Shown here one piece after another: positions 24,760-39,411 of a DNA stretch of 63,501 nt; positions within the stretch are counted from its first letter, which is position 1, and each line of letters begins with the position of its first letter. Position numbers and translations under genes: made by a program. Source of the DNA: Welwitschia mirabilis (taxonomy: Eukaryota). Location: NCBI GenBank assembly GCA_051453625.1, contig JBOZIK010000001.1, positions 25,273,867 through 25,337,367 of the forward strand, read 5' to 3'. The notes below the pieces were generated by a model that saw only the letters and a program-made list of their open reading frames with translations, was not told the DNA's origin and made no database searches.

Positions 24760-27700
24760 TAAATTGAATATGTTCAATACTCACGTAATCCAAAAACATC
24801 CTTAAAATAATGTCATGCTATTATTAGCGATAACATAAATAACTCATATAGAGTTTTCTTCATGCTATTACATTTGCATCTAAAAATGTTAGTACCATAA
24901 TATTCTAATAAAATAATATGCTCATTCTCTTCTACCTGTAATAGGTAAATCTAACATACTGGATTCTTTAGCTAAGTATTTTCCTATCTTGCACTTTAAA
25001 TTCTAATATGATGAGCTCCCGTCCTTAGTTTTCTAATTAGATTTTTTACTCATAATGATATTACTACATAAAGATGCTTCACTTTCTCCTCAAGATTTCT
25101 TTCATAAATGGTTTTAAAATAGAGTTTATTTTTATTTTTAGCTATCTTCCACCATTATTTAATAATTTGTCACCATTATTTAGTAATTGTTATTTCCATC
25201 ATCTTACAAATCATTTTAGGCTCTTTAGTTATATTGTGATCTTCAATGCCCCATTCTTTTAGCCACAACTTTCATTAAGCATACCATCCATTTTATTGAG
25301 TGATGGCTAATACCTTGCTTGAAAACTTAATTTTATTACTAAGTCTAATATTTTTGCAAAATATTAGAAATTGACATATTACCTTAACTTCAAAAGGTAA
25401 CATATTAGCCTCTAGAAAAAACATTTCATATGATACTTGACTTTTAATCTTAAGTTCATCTTCCAAAAACTATTTTTGAATTTTCTCTTTTTTTTTGCAT
25501 CCATATTTGGTAAGGATTGAGATTCACATTAGGCATATATATAAAATGTTTGATTACATAATCAAGTATTTTCTTTTGTACCTCTAATGATCAAGTATTT
25601 TGTTTCTTACATTTGATCTTTATAACATAAAGATACTTTCAATCATTTAAAATTCTTTGTAACACACATTGCTTTTATTTATATTTTTTAAAACATTCTA
25701 ATTCTAATTATTTATATGAATCAATAATCTAAGATATTTATTATCTAGCTAGAAACTATAGTTTTTTTCATTTGATCCAAAAATAGACATTTTTCATTTT
25801 ATCAAATTTACTTTTATTCTTGAGAATTTGCGAAACCTTTCTAATACTCTTAACATAATCTAAATTCCTTTACTAGAATTTGTAACTAGTGCTACATCAT
25901 CTACAAAAGTTAAGAGTCATAGCATTTTTGGGTGTATCTACATTGCATACCTTCCTAGTACCTATCACATTAATATTTCTAATTCATTTATAAAAATTAT
26001 AAACAATGTTAATGATAGAGGATAAGCTTGATTTACTTCAATTTTATTATAAAATATTCAATATCTTTAAGCATTCATGCTTCTTAATTCAACCCTTATT
26101 TCTACATATGGTATTTATATGTCCATCTTCATATTGAAGCTAATATTAATATCAATAAGTATACTACATAATTTATCTCTAATAACTAAGTCATAAGCTT
26201 TTGTAAAGTTAACAAAATAAATAAAGGCATTTTGTCCTACTCCTTCGATTAGTCAATATAAAACTTTAGGATAACCAAATTAACCTTTGTAGAGTAATTC
26301 CTTTGAAATTTTACTTAAGAGAATGCATGAAAATTATTATCTTATGTTTACTTTCCTAACCTATTCTCTAGGATAGTACCCAATAATTTAATAGATAAAT
26401 TACTAATTATGATTAGCCTATAGTTATTCAAATATAACTTATACCCTTTCTTAAATAAAATAACATCTCTACTAATCATCCGTCACTTATCTAGTCCACC
26501 CTTAAATCCATCATTGAACCTTTTTCATGTTTCTTCTTACATTAATGGACCACCCCATTTTAGTAATTTTGCATATATTCCTTATATAATCATGACTTTT
26601 CTAGAAGCTAATTTATTAATTTCATTTCTCATCTCATCTAAAGTAAGTTATGTCCAATTCAAATTCATATTTTAGCATTCGGAAAATGATTTTTATAAAG
26701 GGCTTGGACTTATATAAAAGGGCTATTGTTACTTGACAAGTCTCTATTTCAAAATAACTTTCAGAAATTGTGTGGAACTTGTTTTATCATATTTAATAAA
26801 TAATCTTAATGTTCTTTTACAAATTTCCTTTTATTATTATGGATACTACTTTTGTGGTTTTTAATCATATCCTCATTGTTATTAGATTATTTAATGAATA
26901 ACCTTGCTTGTAAGCATTCTACATCAAACCAAAGTTTCTTACCCATAGATATCTTGTAATTAGGCATTTTCTATGCTACCTTTAAAATGATCTTTTTCAA
27001 TGTTATTCCTTGACTCTTGATTTTTTACTACTTTTGTACCTTTTATTGGAAATCTTATTTATGTTCTATAGTAGATTATCTAAATGTATTCTTACACTTC
27101 ATCTTGTAATGAATTATTCCTTGAATTTTTAATTATAAAAGATGATGTAGTGATTTTGGCAATTGATCTATGAATCTAAAATCACTAACACATGGAATAT
27201 TTTGAAATATATTAAACAATAGATAAATAAAAGAAAATCATTATTACCTAAAACATTTAAACAAAATTCTATTAAAAAAGATTGTCATTCCATTTATATG
27301 TATAAGTTAAATCCTTGTTTCCATTCTAGAAATTTCTTTCCCATAAAATTTACTTTAAGATCTAATAAAAATCTCTCTAATCCATTATTATTTTGATAAT
27401 AATCTTGCATCTCCAATCATGTGTGGTTATATTGCCATTATATAATATCAACTTCCCTTAATCAAATCTTTCAATTAAAATTATCAAATAAAAGTACCTT
27501 CTCTTATTTTAAATTCTTCTACATTCTTTTATAAGATTAGAAGGGATATTGATTTTAAACCCTAGATCAATTACAATAAATTTATTCTCATAGAGGAAAA
27601 TAGCTAAATGCAAGGGATTATAAAACTTATGTTACACAAACCTTAATTAAATAAATCATTTATGCTTATGAACTTTTTCCATATAATTAAATTATCTAGT

Positions 27701-27950
27701 CCTTTTCTTATTATACAACATAAGCCTTGTAAAAGTCTTCCATTATTCTTGACTCTCTTACCTTTTACTGATACCTTACAAAAATCATCTCAAAGTTTTT
27801 AGCTTCCTCCTTTTCCAAAGATTTTAGAAACAAAAAATAATAAATGTTTTGAAATATCTAATGCTATATAGGGATGTAACTTTGGTTATGGATCTCCCTT
27901 CAATATTTAGACATCCAAAATGCAAAAAATCAATTTTATAATGCTAGACT
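24760..27950 (-). pseudogene. LINE ORF2 (AP endonuclease + reverse transcriptase), degenerate
   Basis: KNNGRLLQGLCCIIRK (~27710-27755); LFKKGYKLYLNNYRLIIISNLSIKLLGTILENRL (~26360-26460); YFVNFTKAYDLVIRDKL (~26170-26220); EVNQAYPLSLTLFIIFINELE (~25977-26040); LLTFVDDVAL (~25888-25917); KLRTGAHHIRI*SAR (~24988-25032). Confidence 0.85.
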
Positions 27951-27959
27951 CTTTTCCTT

Positions 27960-28952
27960 ACAATTTATATATATCTATTACTCAAGAATACAACTTTTCC
28001 TTCTTCTCAATCCTCGTTAATCTTCTTCCACTTTCCAAATTTTTATGTAAGTTTCTTTTTAGTCAAGTCTTTATTTAATCAAATTATCTGTCCATTTAGG
28101 TGATTTTTATGTTTCTATACATATTATTTGGTATTATTATATTTGAATTTTATTATACTATGTTAATATCTCTCTTCTTTATGGCCAACCCTATATGTAA
28201 TTGCATATGATCACTTTAGTATGTTCATATTATCTTTGGAAACTTCTAAGGTACCATTTTAGATATTTTCCTCCTCATGTTTTATTAGGCCAATAATATT
28301 AAGATTTATAGATTTTACCTTTTTCTCATTTTCTTCCATGAGGACTACTAAAAGTATTTAATTTCCATAGTATTTGGCTTCTTTATAACTTTTAATTTAG
28401 CTTCCATTAAGGAAAGGTTCTCCTATGTCTTCCATGATTTTGTAATTGTAGCTTCCATTATGATTTCATATTTCATGATAATTATCCCTAAGTTCTTTAC
28501 ATCTTTTAAGTTTACTTTCAATGAAAAGAGCTCATGCATTTTTCATAATTCCATACTTTTAGCTTCCATAATGGTTTCATTATTTATAATTTCTGTTTAT
28601 ACTTTCCCCATTAGAACATTTCTTATATTTTTATGATACATTACCTTTCTTTACAATTATGTTTTAAATATCATTATATACTACTTCATATCAAGTTCTC
28701 AAATTCTCTTTCATTAATTCATGCTAGGATTTTAGCATGTCTTGAAATTCATTATTTGATTTTAAAATATCTTTAGCCATATCAAAATCATAATAATCTT
28801 GATGAATCTAGGGCTTAAGATTTAATCCCCTTAGAATTTTGCCTTCACAACCTCTTCTTCAACTTTGTAGATTTTCCTTGACCTTGATAGCTTTTTCTTC
28901 CTCCTTGTAGTTTTGCCTTTATCATTTTAGTTTAGACCACAAATAATGGCAT
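27960..28952 (-). pseudogene. LINE ORF1, degenerate (coiled-coil + RRM-like)
   Basis: EKVKSINLNIIGLIKHEEEN (~28266-28326) and GQII*LNKDLTKK (~28055-28094) resemble the N(I/L)xIxGLxE and IxLNEDLT motifs of LINE ORF1 proteins. Confidence 0.6.
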
Positions 28953-29297
28953 AAACATGTAATATTTAATATCAAAATAAATAAGAAGTTAATTAAAAAA
29001 ATAAAACATTAAGATTTTAAAAACTGGATCTTAAAACTAAACTCCTTTCATCAAAACAAGCTTTTAAAGAATCAAAATACTTTGAAATTTATTCATTTGA
29101 TTAGTTATAGAATTAGTTACTATCTATAGAAGTTCTTTACATTAAATTAGCTATCATCAGTATAAATTCACTAATTGAAAATAAAATTTTTAGTTATTGC
29201 TAATATAAGTCCATCAATAGTTATTGTTTATAGAAGTTCTTCATTGATAGAAGTGCATTTATAAAAGTTCTTTATCTTTGTAACTTCTTAATGGATA

Positions 29298-31400
29298 AAA
29301 CATAACCTAAAAGAAGATGTAACCCACATATGTAGAAAGAAATCAACAAAAAATTGCTAAACTTTTAGATGTAGGATTCATTCTATATTGAACTTAGAAT
29401 GAGTTAGTATTATTACTATGAAAAGGATAAAAAAAATGAGGCTTTGTTTAGACTTTAGGATGTTCAATGTAGTAAGTTATAGGGATAAGTTTCTTCTATT
29501 TTTTATAACTTAAGTCTTAGAGAGAATAGCTAGGCACCAGTATAACAACCTCTTAGATGAATATAGTGGATATAATTAGGTTCCCATAACTATAGAAGAT
29601 TAAGTAAAAACAACCTGTTCCTATCACTTGGGCAATTATTCTTTTAAGGTATTATCATTTAATCTATATAATGATTTAGCCATATTTCAAGTTTAGTAAA
29701 TAATATTTTCAAGATATGATAGGGAGATTAATAGAAATCATCATAGATGACTTTACAACCTTTGAAAATAATTTTGATGAATCATTTGATAGGATAAAAA
29801 ATGTCTTAGAGATATATGAAGAAAAAATGACTTAAGCTACACTAGTCTAAAACTCATCTTATGTTGATAAAATGAATAGTATTAGGACATAAAATCTTCT
29901 ATAAAGTAACTGAAATAGATTATTAGAAGATTAAGACTATGAAATACATGAAAAATGTCTTAAAGATATGTGAAGAAAAATGACTTAAGCTACACTAGTC
30001 TAAAAGTAACCTTATGTTGATAAAATGAATATTATTAGGACATAAAATCTTTTATAAAAGAAGTGAAATAGATTATTAGGAGATTAAGAATATGAAATAC
30101 ATACCACCTGTAACTAAAACTAAAGAATTAAGACCTTTCTTAGGTCATGTGAAATATTATAGAAGGTTTATAGATAAACTTTAGAAAAACCTTATAAAAG
30201 GACCATAGAAGAATTATGAGATGGATACTAATGTAGGAATTTACCATAAAAATTATTTATAGAAAAGGAATAGAAAATTTAGTAGCAGATCATTTAGCAA
30301 AACTATACATTTTTAAAGAAGATGAAAAAATAAATGTGATGAAATTTTTTTTCGATGAACATATTTTAAAGGTTCAAACAAATATCTAGTATGCTAACAT
30401 AGCTAATTTCATAGTCATTAAGAAATTACCATCTTACATGAATTAGTATAAATGTAAAGATTATTAATAGAAGTTATAAATTACATACACTATGATAAGG
30501 GTTTATTTTGAAAATGTAAAGACCATATTATTAGAAGACATGTGGAGGAAGGGCTAAAAAAAGAGATTATTAAAGAAGAACATAAGGGAGATGGTGGCGA
30601 ACATTATGATACAGGAAGAATAGGGATGAAAATCCTTGAAATGAGATTTTAATAGTCTATAGTATTTAATAATTTAGTTACTTATGTTTAAGTTATGATA
30701 AATATCCAAAGAAAGGGGCATTCACTCAGAGATCATAAATGTTACAGTAATTGATTTAATCAGTTAAAACCTTTAATAGGTATGGTATAAATTTTATTAA
30801 TTCTATTAATACTTTGTTATATGAAAATAAATATATTCTATTCTACATTGATTACCTAACTAAGTGGGTAGAGGAAGAGGCTATTTCTCAATGTTATTTT
30901 CAAATTGTTATTATTTTTTTACTCAAAAATTTTATCCATATATTTGAAGCATCTAATTTAATCTCTAATAGAGTAATCCATTTTACTAATGGGGACTTTA
31001 GTAAACTCTTACTTAAATATGAAGCTCATCATAACTTATCTAATACCTAGAGTTTTAATCCAATGGCTAAGATGAAGTAACAAATATAAAATTAAACCAT
31101 ATATTAATAAAAATATAGATATAAAGAAACCAAATTAGGCTAAAAAACCTAATAAAGCTTTAATGAAGCTTTAATGAAGCTCTGTGAACTTATAGAATAA
31201 CTTGAAAGCATAGTATGGGATTCACGTAATATGAATTGATTAGTAAAAAAAGAGAAACATTTCCAATCTAATATAGGATATAAACCTTTAAAATAGATAA
31301 AAATTACATTGTAATTTATATAAAGATTAAGAAGAATGAATTGAAAACATAAATATTTTAGGTGAAAAGACAAGAGTAAGTATTTTAAGAAAATAATTAA
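29298..31400 (+). pseudogene. pol: Degenerate RT, partial RNase H and integrase of element D
   Basis: IAKLLDVGFI; IEIIIDDFTTFENNFD (~29732, cf. MEVFMDDFSV); LRPFLGHVKYYRRFI; RIMRWIL..EFTIKIIYRKGIENLVADHL; HKGDGGEHY; NKYILFYIDYLTKWVE (ORF 30814-31050). Domain order RT-RH-INT. Confidence 0.9.
29798..30101 (+). repeat. ~152 bp tandem duplication within RT
   Basis: aaaaatgtctt...gaagaaaaatgacttaagctacactagtctaaaa...tatgaaatacat occurs twice in a row. Confidence 0.9.
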
Positions 31401-31556
31401 TGCTAGAAAAAACAATGATATAGTCATGATGGTATTCAAACCTCCAAATGATAGCATTTAGTTTAGATAAGCTCTATTTTTAGTTTCATTCATACATTAG
31501 TTTTAAGCTAGCTATTGCAAGGCCAAATTTGCTAATTTAACATATGATCTAAAGTA

Positions 31557-32871
31557 TGTTGTAGGTATTTTTCACAAGTTTTATGATTTAATCAGTTTTT
31601 AATGTTAAGGATGAAAGGAAAAATTTGAGCATAATTTGAATCAAATTGGACATCCATCTTGACGAAGTTACAATTGCAGTCAAAGTTACTATAAAGGAGG
31701 TACTATAGTAAGTTACTGTATTGTTGTTCACTTAAATCATCTAAACAATGCTATAAGAATGATTGTAAACATAGAAACATTAGAAAGATACGACTTTGTA
31801 TAGTTATACCTATTTTCCACATATGATCATTAGAATGATACACATCGATGATAGTCAAATTCAATTAAAAATGAAATGGCATGTCATGACAAGGCACTAA
31901 TAAGAAATTATTTGATAGTTGATCCTATTATCTACTTAATCATTTGGATGATACCAGTGGACAACTAATTGCAAAACAAGGAAAAGAAAATGAGCAGTTG
32001 TTCCCTACTTTTACCTACATAATGCCCCTAATAATAGTCATCATTAATATAATTCGATAGGGTTGCTATGACATGACATGACAATTTAGTAGTAGTTAAA
32101 GGTTTCATCCACTATCATCATCCAAATGATACTTAGATAGATAACATCTCATAACTAACTAAAAAATAATTAATTTATTATAAAATTAAAAACAAAATTA
32201 CATACTTTCAGTTCCTACCTTTTAGTAATCACAACTATTGAGCCAAAACTATAAATACCTTCCTAAACACCTTATTTTTCATCTTTGATGGACTTTTGNN
32301 NNNNNNNNTAATTAGAGATTTATTAGTAAAGGATTCATTATAATTTTAGAAGGGTATTCCTTGGTGCTCGAATGTGATTCCTTCATTGATATACTATTGC
32401 ACATTAAATGATGTAAGCATACTTCATTCATCAAGTGATTAATAAAGTATGATTATTTAATTCTATTTTTTTATTACTTGTTTTTCATAATATATTTCTT
32501 CAATGATTTGAAAATGTTAATAGCAATATGTTATGATTCCTAAGGTTCAATCTGGATGAAAATAGATTTGTAAATTAGTTAGTCAAATTTTATTAGGAGT
32601 GCATTTCATTTCATCTTTGCATATTTACTTCATTGTGTTATTAGTTTAGTTGATTACGATATGTTTAAAAGACATAAACAAACCTTTTTCCTCTTTTTAA
32701 TTCTTTCTTTTTTTATTATAATAAGATCTTATAACTCATTTTCCTCAAAGTCTATAAACTTAAGTTAAATCGCACCACTATACTAGGGGTATTATGTTTC
32801 TTGAATTATGCTTTAAAATGTTTTAATTCTAACTTATAGGTCAGTTAGCAACATTAAATGCTAAAACTACA
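31557..32871 (+). repeat. 5' LTR of element E
   Basis: TGTTG...TACA termini; shares blocks with 51799-53056 (aaggatgaaagg, aatcaaattgga, gaggtactatagtaa, actagggg). Confidence 0.8.
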
Positions 32872-33131
32872 ATATTTTGACATCATTGATAGGAAGGGAA
32901 GTGAGTTTTTGAAGAATATCCTATGCTATATTCTTATTAAAAAGAACATAGATCTTAAAAGGAAAAAAAAGTCATTAAATGAAGTGAGCTTTGGTTAAGC
33001 TCAAGTTATACATCAAAAGAAAGGTGAATTTTATATTTGAATATGTTATTTTATTTTGATTTTATGTATTAGTTTCAAGTTTGAGTATACAAGATTTTAT
33101 TATTACTCTCCTAGGATTATAACATAGTTTC

Positions 33132-34488
33132 TATTAACATGTAAAAATTGACATTACAATCAAACTAATTAACTAATTTATCTTAACAAAATACATTAAT
33201 GTAATCAATTTATCATATAAACATGTCTTCTATTAATCTTTTATAATAATTTTAGACTTATCATTTTTCCCATGACATTTTTAAGATGATTATTACACTT
33301 GGAATAACATTATAAAATTTGATGGACATCTAGGCTAAAATGCTAGCGCTGCCACTTAGGTCACTTAGTGCGTGGGTTCTTGTACACAAAATACCTTCAT
33401 TCTCATGTTTCTAACTTATCATGTAAATTTATATCAAATAAAGTTATGGGCTTGGTAAGATTTTACCTTGAAAATAACTTGCACTTTTAATGATACATGG
33501 TGATGATGACAATGATACATAGCAGGGACATATGAAATTATTGACTAGGATGATAATGGATACATGTGATGATGATAGTGGTTAGTAAAAATAACAACAT
33601 CCAGAAGTTAAGTCTTAGCTGCATTAGGAGGATATCTACCTAAATGAATAGATGATAAAATTCCCTACTTAATGCCATCATTTTATAACTTCTCATCTAA
33701 TGCTACAAGCCAATGGCTTGTAACTATCCCTTATGACCATCTTTACCTATCAAAGTGCCTTGAATTATTCATTCTAATGTCCTTTATTTGGATAAAGAAT
33801 AAAACCTTAGAATGTCAAGTTGTAATGGACTTTAAGTAATTATTTAGGGATTGAGCTTACTTTCAAGGATAGTTTAAGAAATCCTTCCACTTCATTTCAT
33901 CTTTAATGTAATGTTTCTTTTTCTATTTCAATACAAAGAGTTATTTTTTTTCTTTTAATTATTTGTCATAATGCATTTTGTACTAGAAATTCTTAAGTAA
34001 TAATATACTATCAAGTTTCATTTAGCCAAATGAGTGAATTTTATTAATTAATTAATTTAAATTTTAGTAACTTCATAGATCTTATGCATAGTAAATTCAT
34101 ACTTTTTATTTTTATTACTATGATGTAAAAGATCATTGATATTTGAATTCACCAACATTCATATGATGAATGAGATTATGTCACAACGACCCAAGCCATT
34201 ACACTTCATGGTTTGAAGTTTGTTTTAGGATAGTTTAGCATAGGATCTAGTGAGAAATTAATGAAGGATAAATTGGATGAACACTTGAAGCTTTCTTGTT
34301 TTCCTCTTTTTCTAAGAAGTTTTAAACCAAATTCTAAACTTCCTCTTTTTCCTTTTTTCTTTTGTTTATAACATGCATTTTAGTAAGAGTTATTATAAAA
34401 TTCTAGAAAACTACCTTAGTTATCCCTATGAAAAGAATGATACTAAGTGAAAACTTAGTTAAATCTGATTCATTATAAAATACAAACA
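33132..34488 (+). repeat. 5' LTR of F
   Basis: Colinear with 39412-40761 end to end. Confidence 0.9.
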
Positions 34489-35599
34489 GATTTTTAGCAT
34501 CATTGTCAGGGATAATGACACTGTAGCTACTTAGAAGAGAATTTACTTTTTTCCCCCTTATAAGATTTTTAGATAGTTTTATTTCTTGAGTGGTGGGTAC
34601 TAATCCTTCCCAATGATACCTAAAGCGATCCTATTTTTCTTTCTTTTGTGTGTATTTATTTATCTTTTCTATTGAGTGTTTGGTACAAGCCATTCTAGTG
34701 ATATTCAAACTAGTTTAGTTTAAAATCTTTTTTGGCTATCTTTTGTTCTAACTTATTTTATGTGTAGGTATAATAGTATTTTGCAGATGCAATAATAAGA
34801 TGAAAAACTAAAAATTTAACTTGCTTTACATGGCTTTTCATGTCTTTAATTTGTAGTTTAATTTTTTATTTTACAAATTCACTGTGTTAAACAACAAAAG
34901 TCTAAAAATATTCTTACAATTTACTTCCAATTGGGTTCATTGTGTATTCATATTTTACATTTTTATTTTACTTTCCTATAATCTTAATAAATTAATCAAT
35001 CCATAATAGCTCTATGAACACCTATGTTTTTAGTGAAATTTTAACTTGCATTTTTATTTGTGCCACATTTTGTCCTAACCCAAACTGTTGGCTTCTATGC
35101 ATAAAAAATTTTGAGATTTTATTTGAAACCTATGCTAGAATCCCAAAAATCTTTCATCTTCTATGATCTATTAAAAACTTCCTCTATCTTATCTAAAGCT
35201 TGTCTAAACCTATCCTTGCATACCTTGGATCTGTGATGAGTTAGGTAAATTGAGTTGAAATCCCATTACTAGAATGGATCCCTTTTATGATCTAAAAAAC
35301 ATATGACAATACCAATTACATGATGAATCTTAAAGGGAGTAAGTGTTAAGCTCCTAAGATGATCTAAATGATCCAAATAACAATTAATAAGACTCCTCAT
35401 CCCAACAACAAAATTGAAATGACCCACTTAATAAAACATAATCTAACTAATAACTAATTAACTGCCTATTACCTTACCTAAGAAGTGGCTAGACAGTAAG
35501 CTGCTATAGCTAATACTAATTAACCTAGGTAAACACTTCATGATTAATTTCAATCATAATGCTTAGGAACACCTTCTTGTATAATGTAGTCACTCATAA

Positions 35600-37745
35600 G
35601 TTAATGATTAAAGTTTAAGCCTTCCACTATCTAACGTTTACCTCACTTTTATGGCCTCGAACTTGAGGATCCATACCTTTACTTTAATAAAATTTAATGC
35701 ATTGTATCGATTATACTACAATATCCAAGCACATTTCATGTCTTTAGAGTTATCTTATTTGCATTTTCCTTAAATATGAAGATCATGAAACTAGGCCTTA
35801 CATCAAATATTTTTTATTAGATTTTGGTCCAACCTAAACAAGGTTTTCATATCAAACATTTTTCCCAATCATAAAATAAATGCCCTTAGACATTTCTTTT
35901 CTCAAGCCCTTATCTGTTAGATCCTAGTTTAACCTAAACAAGGCCTTCATATCAAAATTTTATCCTAATCATAAAGGAAATGCCTTAAGAAAAAGAAATA
36001 ATGAATTACTAATAAAAAGACTATGAAACATTTTCCCAATCTTTAAAAATATTTAAAGACTTATTAGTAAAATATACTCAATATGGTTTTGAGCTAAGAA
36101 GAAAAATAAGATTCTTCTGTGATGGGTTGTCCACAAATAATAAATAACTAGTTCAGATGATGAGTAGGGGAAATTTCTTTAGCATGCCCTTAGATGAAGG
36201 TTGGGAATATCTTGAACGCATAGCTAAGAGTTCTAAAAATTTGGATAAGCCTACTAAGTCATCTATATCACATCATTTTGTTAGATTCACAAGTGTTTTT
36301 AAAGTCCCTAAAAATTTTAAATTAAATAATAGAATAAATGAATTAACATGGAGATCATAATTTCAAGTCACCTCACCCTCATATTCACCCTTAGCTACTA
36401 AACCTAAATGCCTAATTTGCCATATATATACCCATAAAATAGTTGAATGTTCTTCTATCCCTCTATTTTAGAACACTGTTAATAAACAAGTAAATGTGGT
36501 AGGGCACTAGTGACAAAACTAGAAAAATAACTCTTACTCAAACACATGTAACCATACATGGAGGAATCATCCCAACTTTTTTTGGAGGCAAGATAATCAA
36601 ATTAATCAATCAAGAAATCTATTTCCTATCATCCTCTTCCCCCTTTCCATCTAATTATCAAAAACCATTTTCATCCACCCTCTTTAAGGAATTAATAAGT
36701 AAATTCATAAAAACTCAAATTCAAATCAATCATAGCCATGAATCAAACCTTAAGTAATATTCTTCATTATTAAATAACATTGAATAAATTCTCCAATAAC
36801 TCTAGCAAATCCAAATTAAGATTCTCTTTAACTTAAGTTAACAAGATATAGGAAAATTTCCTATGAGTTCTTAACCAAATCCCAAAGGAGTTAGGTTTGC
36901 AGAAGAAGGTTCAAGCCACTTAGAATAAACTAAAGTCATTTACCTTCAAAGTGGCATAGAGATTAAGGTTTAATAGAGTTAATATAAAGATGAGGAAAAA
37001 GAAAAATTCAAAAATACAACTTATTATGAAGAACATTTACCCTTCACCTAAGATTTGAATAAAGAAAAAGTAAAAGATTTAGAAAAATCTTTATCCACAT
37101 ACAAAGAGCCTTTATCTCTTCCTCAATGTCTTAGAAAGAAGAGTATAGAAAACTAATAATTAAAGGTCATAAAAATTTTTAAGAAATTTAAGATTAATAT
37201 GGATCTTTTAGAAATGATTAAAAAGATTCCCTTATAGGCAAAGTTCCTTAGGGATATCTGCAAGAGAAATAGTTGCATGAGTGTAAAGAATAAAGACTTT
37301 TTAGACCAACAAACCAACACAATCATCTAGGATCATTTTTTTCTTAAGTATAAAAGATCCAACAATAGCCATTACAATTGGATATAAAAACATTAAGAAA
37401 GCCTTGTTAGATCTTTATGCAAGTGTAAACATTGTATCCCATTATGTATACAAGAAACTTAGCTTAAATGATCTTAAACATACTAAAATCAAATTGTAAT
37501 TGCCTAATAATTTCATGAAGTTATTATTAGGAATAATTAAAAATGTAATAGTCCAAGTAGGTAATTGCTATTTCTTGGTAGACTTCATCATTTTAGAAAT
37601 AGCCATGACAAAATGCAATTTAGTTCTAATCATTTTAGGAAGTCTCTTCGTTGCAACATCAAATGCACTTATTAATTGTAGGAATGATTAGATGAAAATA
37701 TCATTTGGTAACATGCCTTTAAACTTGAATGTTTTCAACACAATG
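35600..37745 (+). pseudogene. gag: Degenerate Athila gag-protease of F
   Basis: LPHFYGLELEDPYL (~35638), MMSRGNFFSMPLDEGWEYLE, CLICHIYTHKIVECS, NTCNHTWRNHPNFFW (~36541), ALLDLYASVN (~37401), IILGSLFVATSNALINCRN, FGNMPLNLNVFN. Confidence 0.9.
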
Positions 37746-39411
37746 AAATTACTAGGTGATCCTAAAAAGGTTAATTAATCTAATGAAATTTGTAACTCTA
37801 AATGTTCTCTTCATGAGACAAATATTTTCCATTTTACACCATGACTCAAACGTCACCTCTCCAACTCTGGATCTAATAGTTACATTTCTGTTAAGTCTTC
37901 TACAATAAGTTATCTCATAAATAGCCAGGTTTTGCCTAAATATTATCTTCTCATGGATACCCCACAACATAATTACTCATTTCACCATTCCTTTGAGCCT
38001 TTACATACATTAAAACCATTTGCAAACCATCTTATTAAGCTTACAAACCATTCATCCTAGACATATACTTATGAATTTTTGATACTAATCAACCCAAGTT
38101 AATGTCCCTTAATCAAAAATCAGTAATAAAGTGATCTCATTACCACTTAAGTAATGGTTTTAATTAAGTTCACTCATGGGGTTTCAAGATGGAGTTACAC
38201 TCATTTCGAGTGTGATTAGTAAAAAATATATCTTCTAAAATTTTTTAATTTTAGTAAATTATGGTTAAAAAAATGGAATCTACCTTTGTATATGTTCCTT
38301 AAGTCTAAAACATTTAAGGGGAATGAGACATTTTTTGATTAGCCTAATGGACCAATGACTCCTCTAATGTGCATAAAAAATGCATATGTAAAAATGAACA
38401 AAAGAAAAATAATATATCTTTTCTTCAAATGCACATATCATTAATCACTTAATTGGGTTTAGTTAATTACATTAGGGCTATGGACACTCATTACCAATGT
38501 AGCTCTAATAATATAATTACAACATAATCAACTACATCAAGGTTATAAATGCTCATTCACAATGTAGCACTAATTTATTCATAAAACAACATGCTTAACT
38601 AGGTTGGAAGAAAGTGTTGTACTACTAGACACTCAATGTGATTTAAAGGCTTAAACTAAGAACATATATGCTAGTACAAATGAAAAACAAAAGAAAGTAC
38701 AAAGGTGGAAATTGGAGGATCTCTACACTATGTTGTTTTTTAACTTGCATACTTGCAATTTGCCATAATTTATTGATTTTTGTATGAGTTATTCAATCAA
38801 AACTATGGATAGTTAATTTGGAAATTCACTAAAAAAATAAAAAAACATAATAAAGCTACCAACTTAGGTAACTTCTCTAATTCATTCATTGTTTTATGAT
38901 TTAGTGTTTTAATGAATTTTCATTTTCCATCTGCATGCCCACTCCACTTTACTTTACTTCACTTGACCCCCATTTCATGAGAAATAGATCATAAGACATA
39001 AACTATTATTATGAATTAAACCTTTACATGGTTTTTAATAATATAGTTTTTCACATTAGTAAGTTTTTTTTTCTTTCATAAATTAGTTGCATCATCTTGC
39101 ATGATTTTCAATTAAAAAACTCTTTAAAATATTTCTAAGGTTATGTTCTTAAAATGATTATTACATCCTATATCATAAAACTTTAAGAACAAAGTTCAAT
39201 TTTGGTTAGGGGGTATGTCATCTAGGTTTTACATTATTTTTCATCAAATTTCTTACTTTGATGTCTTAATTGTAGAAAATTGGTCATAAAAGTTTTCAAA
39301 CTTATAGCATTTTCACACTTAAGCACTTTGACTTAGATAAGTTTTCCATGTTTACTTATTTTATTATTAATGTTTTTGCTAAGGGTTTAGTAAAAGTCTA
39401 GTTATGAGGTG

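Larger units (their letters stand above)
24640..29290 (-). mobile_element. Near full-length degenerate LINE (ORF1 + APE-RT ORF2), RTEX-like, inserted in element D
   Basis: Ordered minus-strand ORF1, endonuclease, RT and C-terminal motifs. The gypsy pol of D stops at ~24640 and resumes at ~29298 (KT*PKRRCNP, cf. RQPQRRLNP). Confidence 0.85.
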
